Below, piece after piece: positions 20,719 to 28,501 of a DNA stretch of 64,000 nt. Made by a program: the position numbers and the translations under genes. The notes under the pieces were generated by a model that was given only the letters and a program-made list of their open reading frames with translations, did no database searches and was not told where the DNA came from. The stretch's first letter is position 1. Every line of letters starts with the position of its first letter. This stretch comes from a virus (taxonomy: Duplodnaviria > Caudoviricetes). Where the stretch lies: the IMG/VR virus record IMGVR_UViG_3300028886_000028, positions 96,001 through 160,000 of that record. One strand, 5' to 3'.

Positions 20719-22269
20719 TTATTTTTTTTTTAAATATTTTGAATTAGCCCCTATGTTGCATAGCTTTGTTTTATTTTCTATTTTTTCTTTGCTTAATATT
20801 CTTGACCTGAGCTTTTCTATTTTTTCTCTGTGTTTATTTTCAATATTTATAATTTCATTGTTAACAGAGTTTTGCATATTTTTTTTCGTATGCTTAGTTT
20901 TCCATAAAAACCATTTAGAATTAAACAATTTCTTATCCAAATATTTTACCTTAATATCAGGTAATTTCCAAGAAACATAATTAAATGACAATTGGTCTCT
21001 GTGAGAGCCATTTTTAATTTCTTCCCACCATTTTTCCATTAATTTTATGCAGTCTTCATTGTTGTGCTTTCTAAGCAAAATGCCACTTTGAAGTAACCCA
21101 TTTTTTTTGGGAAATTTTTCTTCTTTATAACGATTTATTTGTTTTTCAGTATTTTCTTTTGTGTCTTTTTTTAAAGATATTACTGCTCTTTCTTCGTCAT
21201 AAATGCATTTTCTAGATGGATGCTCAGGAACAAAAACAGAGCAACCAATTTCGTCATTTTGTTCAATAAAATCGTTTAAATCATTTTTAATCTCTATATT
21301 ACCATCTACCCATATTGAAATATCGTAATCACTAAGTAATAAATGAGGGAGGGTTTTTACAAATCTTTGTTTTTTAACTTGTGATAGCTCATCAGTTTCA
21401 TTTGGTAATGGCTTTATTTCCCACACATCACTTTCTATTGCTAAATCATCAGTAAAACAAATGTAATCGAACCCTTCAGTTACGTATTTAGGTTCTGTTA
21501 AAGTATCATATCCTCCAGTTATACAAGTGTATACGACTTTTTTGTTTTTTTCCATAATATTTTTATTGCCATCCCAATATTTTTTATTAATTTTTAACCA
21601 ATCGTTAGGCGTGTAATTATGAACATACCCTTTTTTAACCCAAGACCCGTGTCCATAATGTAAAGCATATTCATTTATTTTAATATCTTTATGACTTAAA
21701 TTTGATGTATTTAAATAAAATGATGCACCAGTATCATATCCATCTCCACCTGGTATACAATTAAGCCCGTGCATTTTTTTTTCATTAAAATACTTTACGT
21801 TTTTTTCATTGCATTTTTCTACATTAATAAAACACAAGTAAGGTAAAACTCTTTTAATTGTAGAATTTGGCTGTGCCTTTATTTCCGCACAGTAAATGTA
21901 GTTATCATCAAATAAATCAGATATGTCTTTTTTTATTAGCACGTCAGAATCAATTAAAAGGAAATTTTGGTTTATAATATCAATACATTTTTGAACTGAT
22001 ACGCAATGTTTTGCGCTACCCCAATTATTAACTTTGCCATTGGAAAATTTTTTCTTTGGGTATTTTTCTAGCCACTTTTCGAAATCAATTATTTGCCCTT
22101 TAGTATTGTCTAAAATAGTAACATTATCAAATTTGGCAGTGAATGGGTATTTGTCGCTATTATCAAATATATAGATAATAGCGTTTTCGACAAATTTATT
22201 TATGCTCATAACCAAATGCTCAGTAAGAACAGGAGTATTGTAATGTATTATAACAATATTTTTTTTCAT
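20719..22269 (-). CDS. Two-domain glycosyltransferase (GT-A/GT2-like + DUF616/TOD1-MUCI70-like)
   Basis: N-domain 'IVIIHYNT..IFDNS..LLIDSDV'. C-domain 'VVYTCITGGYD', 'CFTD', 'SIWVDGN', 'RDQLSFNY'. Confidence 0.8.
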   Translation of the reverse strand: MKKNIVIIHYNTPVLTEHLVMSINKFVENAIIYIFDNSDKYPFTAKFDNVTILDNTKGQIIDFEKWLEKYPKKKFSNGKVNNWGSAKHCVSVQKCIDIINQNFLLIDSDVLIKKDISDLFDDNYIYCAEIKAQPNSTIKRVLPYLCFINVEKCNEKNVKYFNEKKMHGLNCIPGGDGYDTGASFYLNTSNLSHKDIKINEYALHYGHGSWVKKGYVHNYTPNDWLKINKKYWDGNKNIMEKNKKVVYTCITGGYDTLTEPKYVTEGFDYICFTDDLAIESDVWEIKPLPNETDELSQVKKQRFVKTLPHLLLSDYDISIWVDGNIEIKNDLNDFIEQNDEIGCSVFVPEHPSRKCIYDEERAVISLKKDTKENTEKQINRYKEEKFPKKNGLLQSGILLRKHNNEDCIKLMEKWWEEIKNGSHRDQLSFNYVSWKLPDIKVKYLDKKLFNSKWFLWKTKHTKKNMQNSVNNEIINIENKHREKIEKLRSRILSKEKIENKTKLCNIGANSKYLKKK

Positions 22270-22277
22270 ATGCTTAT

Positions 22278-23027
22278 TTAAAAGTCATCATCGTCAATTC
22301 CAACGAAGTTAGTTATATTATTTGTTTCCTGATTATAAAATAGTTCCGGTTTACAGTTTATTCCCTTTTCTATTTTCTTAGTTTCTTGATTTATTTCATT
22401 CATAAAGAAATTAAGTTGCCTATATTCATCCATAGGCAAAAGCTGTGAATACAAATCTTTATTTGTTTTCATAACATTAGTTATCTTCATTCTAATGTCA
22501 TCATATTTCTTTTTTTCATTTGAGAAAAGAGGATTGAAAAAGAAATCATTCCATATTGCTGGGTTTTGGAACAATTTTAAAACGGTTGTATAAAAACAAT
22601 GGAATTCATCGCCCCCTTCGCCACTATTTAAATCAGAATATTTCCAATCAGGCTTACCATTTAAAGATGATACCCATTTTGGGTCTAATAAAAGAGAATG
22701 TAAAGGCCCATTCAGTCTGTCGCCGACATATGATAAATTCCTTAAGAAGCCTCCAGAACCAAGCATGAAATTTTTAAATTTTGAAATATATATAAAATAT
22801 TCTTGGCAATTTTTATCATAACCGGTTTTTTTCCAATTGTTCCATGCCTCATCAAGTTCGTAATCTTTATATCTGTCTGTGTGAAGATTTTTAATTTTAT
22901 TTATGCTATCTATATACGGCTTATAGTTTATAGAACGTGCGCCATTGCCAAATACTGGGTAATTGGCTTCATTTAGCATTTGTAAAAAAAATACGTCAAG
23001 CTTTTGCTCATTTATTTTAATTTTCAT
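22278..23027 (-). CDS. Hypothetical protein with 'IKINE...MLNEA' leader and DDDDF C-terminus
   Basis: 249-aa ORF within the minus-strand operon. Confidence 0.7.
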   Translation of the reverse strand: MKIKINEQKLDVFFLQMLNEANYPVFGNGARSINYKPYIDSINKIKNLHTDRYKDYELDEAWNNWKKTGYDKNCQEYFIYISKFKNFMLGSGGFLRNLSYVGDRLNGPLHSLLLDPKWVSSLNGKPDWKYSDLNSGEGGDEFHCFYTTVLKLFQNPAIWNDFFFNPLFSNEKKKYDDIRMKITNVMKTNKDLYSQLLPMDEYRQLNFFMNEINQETKKIEKGINCKPELFYNQETNNITNFVGIDDDDF

Positions 23028-23040
23028 GTTGTTTTAATTT

Positions 23041-24075
23041 TTAAAAATCGTCATCTGAATCATCAAAAGAAAATGTCATTAATGAATTTGTATTTTGGTC
23101 AACAAAGGATGCTAAGTCATCCAATTCGCATAAATAAGTTCCATCTTCATAATAAACATAAAATTTTTTATTTTTATCATCAAGATGTAATATCAATCTA
23201 TCCTTACCTAGTGTCACTAAACAATTACCTTTATTGTTGAAAGTTTCAGGGGCCTCATTAAACCAAACAGGACTAATTGGGCCTTCTTCAAATGGTTTGC
23301 CTCTAAAAAGGAAATTACATTTACCGTCTTTAACAATACGTGCAAAATTATTAGTGTAATGGAAAGGCATTTCATCTAATGATTTATATAGTTCGTAATT
23401 TCGTTTTCCTAATTGCCATTTTATATCAACATCATTTTTTGCGTATTTGTCGAATGTTTTACCGCCGCTAAATGGTTGAAATGTTTTACCTCCGTCTGTA
23501 GTTATAGCAACAGGATATACGTTTTTAAAGTCTTCTATTAGGCATACATATCCATCGTTATGGCCAAAGAAAATATAGCCATTTATACAATAATACAAAC
23601 TAGGGTGATTATTTTTTAATGCATGTATTAAGTGCAATGCACATGTTGAAGTATATAAATCTCCTCTTGTATTACATACCTTATCGTAATCAATATATCT
23701 TGAATTTCTTAATTCTTGATACTGTTCAGGCGTGAAAATTTTTCTTAATTGAAAATCAATATTTGTGTTTTTATATACTTTTAACGCAATATCATTATCA
23801 TATATTATGAAGTTTCTAAGACTTTTTACTTTCATTTTAAGCAAGCATCCGCCATATGTTCCATTTGTGTTCTGATAGCCGGCCGCCAATTTATATGTGC
23901 TATACACTCCTGCGCCATACATATTGCCGCCATTAGAATCAGTAAATATCCTTTCAAGTCCCGCTTCCCCTAAACCGTCTAATGATTCTGCTTTTGTTCC
24001 ATGATATACGTAAAATCCATCATGCTCAAAATCTTCGGTTAATATTTTTTTGTATGCTTCGTTAATTAAACTCAT
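23041..24075 (-). CDS. PARP/diphtheria-toxin-class ADP-ribosyltransferase-like protein with WG-repeat-like C-terminus
   Basis: 'VYHGT' and 'GNMYGAGVYST' H-Y motifs. 'FARIVKDGKCNF...WFNEA..F' resembles WG beta repeats. Leader MSLINE...ILTED. Confidence 0.7.
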   Translation of the reverse strand: MSLINEAYKKILTEDFEHDGFYVYHGTKAESLDGLGEAGLERIFTDSNGGNMYGAGVYSTYKLAAGYQNTNGTYGGCLLKMKVKSLRNFIIYDNDIALKVYKNTNIDFQLRKIFTPEQYQELRNSRYIDYDKVCNTRGDLYTSTCALHLIHALKNNHPSLYYCINGYIFFGHNDGYVCLIEDFKNVYPVAITTDGGKTFQPFSGGKTFDKYAKNDVDIKWQLGKRNYELYKSLDEMPFHYTNNFARIVKDGKCNFLFRGKPFEEGPISPVWFNEAPETFNNKGNCLVTLGKDRLILHLDDKNKKFYVYYEDGTYLCELDDLASFVDQNTNSLMTFSFDDSDDDF

Positions 24076-25619
24076 TTTAATAACTTGTTAAAATTTCTTA
24101 TAAACGTTTCCTTTACATAATTTAATTCGCCTAATGCTTCTTCCTCTGTGTCCGGCATCATTTTATATTCTTCTACAGACATTCCTAATTTGTCTAACGC
24201 CCAAACAAATAAATCGCTAGCTGTGTCTTCAGCAAGTCCAACCATAATAAAGTATATGTTTTGGAAATCTGAAATAACTGAATTGAACATATTTTTATTA
24301 AAAGACCCGTCTTTCTTTTTAATGATGTTCATATTATTTGCTATTATTTGCTTAGCTTCATCCATAAACATGCCAAACCTCATAAAAATCAATGCTTTTG
24401 TTAAATCCGCATATATTTTTCTTTTATTGGCTGCGTCTCTAATTGCAGTATTCCATCCTGTATAATTTTTACCTCTCAAACGCCTTATTGTTTCAGATTG
24501 GTCAACAAGGTAAGAAATACATTTTGATAAGTTTCCTCCATTTGCAGCATATTTTTCCAATTCAGTATCTCCAACATTTGCTGCGAAATTTGCAATATTT
24601 GATAATATGGTTTTTTCATCAAATTTATTGGAGTCGTCATCAGGCTTTAATACATCAAATCTTGATGCATCATCATCTTTTTTTGCAGCGGCATTAATAT
24701 TGGTGATTGATTTATTATTCACAATTGCATAGAAATCATAATTATCTTGCATTCCCTGTATTAATTGCGTTTCACTTAAATCATAATAAGGGCCATCAAC
24801 ATTAAATTTACCGCCAGTGTTATTATTACTATCTCCATAGTTAATGTCATTCATTCCTTTTTTAACAAGTAATCTTGACATCGCGTTACTGTCATAAGTT
24901 TGTTGGTCAACACCAAACTTATTCATTGCAGCAGACTTACTACCTTTTTGCGTATTTGAAGGTCTAACTGCATAAATAGGCTTTGCCCCTTGAACAGGCT
25001 CTCTGTTAAATATTCTCCATTGTACAGCAGTAGCTAAGAATCTAGGAATGCCTTGATGACCACTTTTTAGCCATTGAGTTAAAATCATTGCATTGTTCAA
25101 TGCAGAGAAACTTATAATTTTTTCATAATCATCAGGGTCAAGTCTTCTAATCGCTCCAATAGAATTCAAATATTGCATAAAGTTTGGGTCATTAAAATTC
25201 TGTTCCAAAGCTTTCAGAATATCGTCAATATAAGCACCCCTATCTATTTGTAGTTTGCTTGATAAATCAGATGTCACAACATTATTTATTGTTTGCTCCA
25301 CTTGTGCTTCAAGATTAGGTAAATCGTTTATATCATAAACATATCCGCCAACTTGTTCAAGCGCAGATAGTATTTTTGAAAAAGCATTTTTACCATAAAT
25401 GAATTTTTTATAATCATCTACTTTAACTGCCCTGACTAGTGAATCTCCATCTACACTTAAACCCTTTGCGACACCTGAACCAGCAACAACGTTTGCTGTT
25501 TTATTATCGCAATTAAAATAGAAAAAAACCGTTGGAGTCAAAATGGCCTTTCCATTAGGGTCAATGCCTGTTTTCGTGTTTGGTGAATATTTCGAACCAA
25601 TTGTTAATAATTTTGCCAT
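24072..25619 (-). CDS. Protein with ArdC-like N-type ssDNA-binding domain
   Basis: 'FSALNNAMILTQ...ATAVQWRIFNREPVQGAKPIYAVRP...YYDLSET' resembles the ArdC-N pattern YS..N..LI..Q...W...R.V..G.K.I...P...FD.SQT. Confidence 0.6.
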   Translation of the reverse strand: MAKLLTIGSKYSPNTKTGIDPNGKAILTPTVFFYFNCDNKTANVVAGSGVAKGLSVDGDSLVRAVKVDDYKKFIYGKNAFSKILSALEQVGGYVYDINDLPNLEAQVEQTINNVVTSDLSSKLQIDRGAYIDDILKALEQNFNDPNFMQYLNSIGAIRRLDPDDYEKIISFSALNNAMILTQWLKSGHQGIPRFLATAVQWRIFNREPVQGAKPIYAVRPSNTQKGSKSAAMNKFGVDQQTYDSNAMSRLLVKKGMNDINYGDSNNNTGGKFNVDGPYYDLSETQLIQGMQDNYDFYAIVNNKSITNINAAAKKDDDASRFDVLKPDDDSNKFDEKTILSNIANFAANVGDTELEKYAANGGNLSKCISYLVDQSETIRRLRGKNYTGWNTAIRDAANKRKIYADLTKALIFMRFGMFMDEAKQIIANNMNIIKKKDGSFNKNMFNSVISDFQNIYFIMVGLAEDTASDLFVWALDKLGMSVEEYKMMPDTEEEALGELNYVKETFIRNFNKLLK

Positions 25620-25632
25620 ATAATATTTTTAT

Positions 25633-26451
25633 TTAAGGGTGTCTTCTGTTATTATTTTGTCCTGATAATCTTGCAAATCTTGCATCTTGTTTTCCATATC
25701 CTTGTGGCTTTAAAAACGCATATAAAAGAGTGGATTTATCAATTTCAAGACTTACCTTAGCGTTCATTTTAGCACGTCTTCCGAGACCTTGTAAATTACC
25801 AGTTATAGGAGTAAAATCTAGTTTTTTAGCCGCTTCTTTGTCAGGTAATATAATGTGTATGCCGTTATTCATACTTCTATAGGCAAATAATGGTTTAATT
25901 CCTGCTTTTTGTATAATACTCATTGTCATATTTATGTCATTTTGGTCAGCAGAATCAACATCAACAAAACATATAGAACGTTCAGGGCCCTCTAAAACTT
26001 GGTCAAATGACCTACCAGCGGCTATAGCCATAGCAGTTTCTCTATTGCCACGAACCCTTTTTAAATAATTTGATGTATATTTATCAATAACAGCTTTTGA
26101 ACGAGGATTAAGGAAAATGCAAGCTCTTGCCCTTTCTGATGCACATAAATATTTTATTTCTTTTTCAGCAGCATTGAATTCATCAATACTTTTGAAAAAG
26201 TAATTTTTTATGTATTGAGCAGCATTTCTTGGAGAATGTTGACCGGGATTGTCTTTATCTCGTTTCATTAATTGAACAAAATAAATAGTATCACCAGGCT
26301 TGTCAAATTTAAGCATTTCTCTTATATTGTCAAAATTGTCAATCTCAACAGCACCATTTGAAAGCTCAATCCTATCTTCATCCATCATTTCATTAATTGA
26401 TTGCCTTAAAGCATTTTTTATAACAGATTCACTAATTATTACGTTTCTCAT
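25633..26451 (-). CDS. Archaeo-eukaryotic primase (AEP/PrimPol)-like protein with 'IISE...INE' leader
   Basis: hhhDhD motif 'CFVDVD' and S..G.H motif 'SMNNGIHII', plus 'ARACIFLNPRS'. Confidence 0.55.
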   Translation of the reverse strand: MRNVIISESVIKNALRQSINEMMDEDRIELSNGAVEIDNFDNIREMLKFDKPGDTIYFVQLMKRDKDNPGQHSPRNAAQYIKNYFFKSIDEFNAAEKEIKYLCASERARACIFLNPRSKAVIDKYTSNYLKRVRGNRETAMAIAAGRSFDQVLEGPERSICFVDVDSADQNDINMTMSIIQKAGIKPLFAYRSMNNGIHIILPDKEAAKKLDFTPITGNLQGLGRRAKMNAKVSLEIDKSTLLYAFLKPQGYGKQDARFARLSGQNNNRRHP

Positions 26452-26466
26452 TTATTTTTAATTTTT

Positions 26467-26482
26467 ATATAAATATTTATAT
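26467..26482. promoter_or_regulatory. Bidirectional late promoter: perfect palindrome ATATAAATATTTATAT
   Basis: Contains ATATTTATA on both strands, in the 53-bp gap between divergent starts at 26451 (-) and 26505 (+). Confidence 0.7.
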
Positions 26483-26504
26483 GTAATTAATAAATATAAA
26501 AATT

Positions 26505-27671
26505 ATGACAATAACTGATGAAATAAAAGACCTTTTTCGTAAAGTGCGCACAAGCTGTGGAGCTCCTATAAGGCCAGTTCAGTTGGAAGATGAACAATTA
26601 TGCGACCTTCTCGAAATGTGCGTTGGAGATTATGCTTCTTATGTACAAAATTGGGTAATCGAATCTCAATGGCTTAATATGATGGGAAATAATCAATTAT
26701 TAGATAATCCAGCGGATTTGGCTTTTGCATTAAGTACTAGAACTTTAGATTGGAGTCGTTCGTGGAGTGAGTGGTTTTCTAAGGAAGTAGGACTCCAGCA
26801 ACGTGGAACAAAATGGGAATTAAAAAAAGATTTTTTCACTATTGAAAAAGGAAAACAAGTATATGTCATACCAGCAGGTAGGGAAATAAATAGAGTGATG
26901 TATGTGACTCCTTCAACTACAAGGGCTGCTTTGTATGGAAACATTGGAATGTTAGATAGTGGAATTGCTGGAGGATATGGCCAATATGGGACATTTCAAA
27001 ATGGAATGGGTTTAATAGGCTTTTATGTTGGAAGTGCATATGACACAGCACTTATGGCAGCAGATTTAAAATACAAAAATTCTCTTTTACGTGGAGATTT
27101 GGCTTATAAAGTAACGGCAGGTCCTAATGGAACTCATTTAGTTCATTTGTTGTCCACTCCAGGTTCTAAGAATGCACTAGGTGGATTATCAGCAGATGAT
27201 TCATATGGATGGGGTAGATTCATAAATTGTGTTTGTTGGTATACGTACTACGACGTTTCTACCGGTGAAGATGGAAACACAACTGAACAATGTATGCTTG
27301 ACAATAAAGATACTTTATTGATTACTCCTGACCAAGTTCCATTGAGCAAGATGCATTATGAATTGCTTAATTATCCAACGCAACAGATTGTTAGAAGATT
27401 GTTAATAGCGGAAGCTAAGATATTGTTGGGTAATATCAGAGGTTATGCTAGTGGTGTAGTTAAAATACCAGAAGCAGAAATGCAACTTGACTATTCAATG
27501 TTGTTAGACCAAGGTAAGCAAGAAAAAGAGGCTGTACTAAGCGAATTAAAGGAGCGTTTAGATAGAATGCTTCCTTGGAATCAAATGAAGAACCAAGCCG
27601 ATATGAACGAAAGCCTTATGAATGTTCTTAAAATGAAAGCTATGCCTTACAGTGGAATAATGGTAAGATAA
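26505..27671 (+). CDS. Neck / head-completion protein (T4 gp13-like)
   Basis: 'GAPIRPVQLEDEQL' N-terminus and 'AKILLGNIRG...GVVKIP..EMQLDY..L' C-terminus, typical of gp13-like adaptors. Confidence 0.7.
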   Translation: MTITDEIKDLFRKVRTSCGAPIRPVQLEDEQLCDLLEMCVGDYASYVQNWVIESQWLNMMGNNQLLDNPADLAFALSTRTLDWSRSWSEWFSKEVGLQQRGTKWELKKDFFTIEKGKQVYVIPAGREINRVMYVTPSTTRAALYGNIGMLDSGIAGGYGQYGTFQNGMGLIGFYVGSAYDTALMAADLKYKNSLLRGDLAYKVTAGPNGTHLVHLLSTPGSKNALGGLSADDSYGWGRFINCVCWYTYYDVSTGEDGNTTEQCMLDNKDTLLITPDQVPLSKMHYELLNYPTQQIVRRLLIAEAKILLGNIRGYASGVVKIPEAEMQLDYSMLLDQGKQEKEAVLSELKERLDRMLPWNQMKNQADMNESLMNVLKMKAMPYSGIMVR

Positions 27672-27686
27672 TTTTTCATTTTACTT

Positions 27687-27694
27687 ATATTTAT
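27687..27694 (+). promoter_or_regulatory. Putative late promoter (ATATTTAT)
   Basis: Recurring motif 25 nt upstream of the ATG at 27720. Confidence 0.6.
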
Positions 27695-27719
27695 TAAGAA
27701 AATAAATACGTATTATAAT

Positions 27720-28307
27720 ATGAATAAGAAACTTATAAGATTAACAGAAAGTGACCTTCACAAAATTGTGAAAGAGTCAGTTAGGAAAGTGTTGGCAGAA
27801 GCAGACCCACGCTCATGGGATGCGGTTGCAAGAAGATATGACCAAACAGACCCACAGAAGGCTGCGTATGCAAGACAACGTGGAGTTCAACAATGGAATA
27901 AACAGTTCGGAGGCGATGTGAGGATGAATAATGATGGAAGCCTTGAAGATGTTGGAGAAATACATCCAGTTCCATTTCGTGATTCTGAAGTCAATGCCCC
28001 ATTTAGTATGAGTAGATTTCAAAGTGATGTAGTTTCAAATGAACCAAAATATAGTGGGTGGGGAAGAACAAAATATACTCCAAATATGGATGGGACATTT
28101 GATTTAGAGCATAATGACTACACAAGATTATCAAAAAATGGTATGGAAAGGGAATTTGATGGTACAAGAGTAGCAAAAGAAAATCCTACTAAAGTAAATT
28201 ATCAGCAAGACGTGCCATTTGGTAATTATAGCAGACGTTTTAATGTTGCAAGTCAAATGAAAACAGGTAATGGTGTTTACGACAAAACAAGAGGTGGATG
28301 GCAATAA
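27720..28307 (+). CDS. Hypothetical protein with MNKKLIRLTESDLHKIVKESV leader (candidate internal head cargo)
   Basis: 195 aa, with its own late promoter and terminator, and visibly higher GC than its neighbours. Confidence 0.75.
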   Translation: MNKKLIRLTESDLHKIVKESVRKVLAEADPRSWDAVARRYDQTDPQKAAYARQRGVQQWNKQFGGDVRMNNDGSLEDVGEIHPVPFRDSEVNAPFSMSRFQSDVVSNEPKYSGWGRTKYTPNMDGTFDLEHNDYTRLSKNGMEREFDGTRVAKENPTKVNYQQDVPFGNYSRRFNVASQMKTGNGVYDKTRGGWQ

Positions 28308-28403
28308 TTAAGCAGCCACAAGTCCAACCTTAATCTCATACCACTTACGAACTAAGCCAATCGACTTGTCGAACATATGGGCGAATCTCTCTGATTCGCT
28401 CAT
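28308..28403 (-). pseudogene. Probable 3' remnant of an IS1595-family transposase
   Basis: Minus strand reads (K)MSESERFAHMFDKSIGLVRKWYEIKVGLVAA*, resembling IS1595 transposase C-termini (..NTRKMSESERF..). Its stop abuts the cargo gene stop (TAA|TTA). Family recognised from memory only. Confidence 0.5.
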
Positions 28404-28409
28404 TTTTTT
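28377..28409 (+). terminator. Rho-independent terminator of the 27720 gene
   Basis: ATGGGCGAATC-tctct-GATTCGCTCAT followed by a T-tract. Confidence 0.8.
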
Positions 28410-28455
28410 ATGTTCTAACGATAATTGGGTCAAACCATATATAATTACCGATAAT

Positions 28456-28486
28456 TTTGTTTTTTTAACATTTTTTTGTATATTTG
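28456..28486 (+). promoter_or_regulatory. Bacteroidota housekeeping-type promoter
   Basis: TTTG (28456-59), 19-nt spacer, TATATTTG (28479-86): exact -33/-7 consensus. Confidence 0.85.
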
Positions 28487-28501
28487 TAAAAAAATATATA
28501 C

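Noticed and set aside
28308-28403. tmRNA-like tag or small ncRNA (frame ends ...VAA*; ACAAGTC/GACTTGT inverted repeat)
   Set aside because: Too short and lacks tRNA-like ends. A transposase C-terminal remnant explains the sequence better.
27660-28456. Complete IS element with paired terminal inverted repeats
   Set aside because: Only GGTAA matches at the left side versus GGTAATTAT on the right, and there is no DDE domain. At most a remnant.
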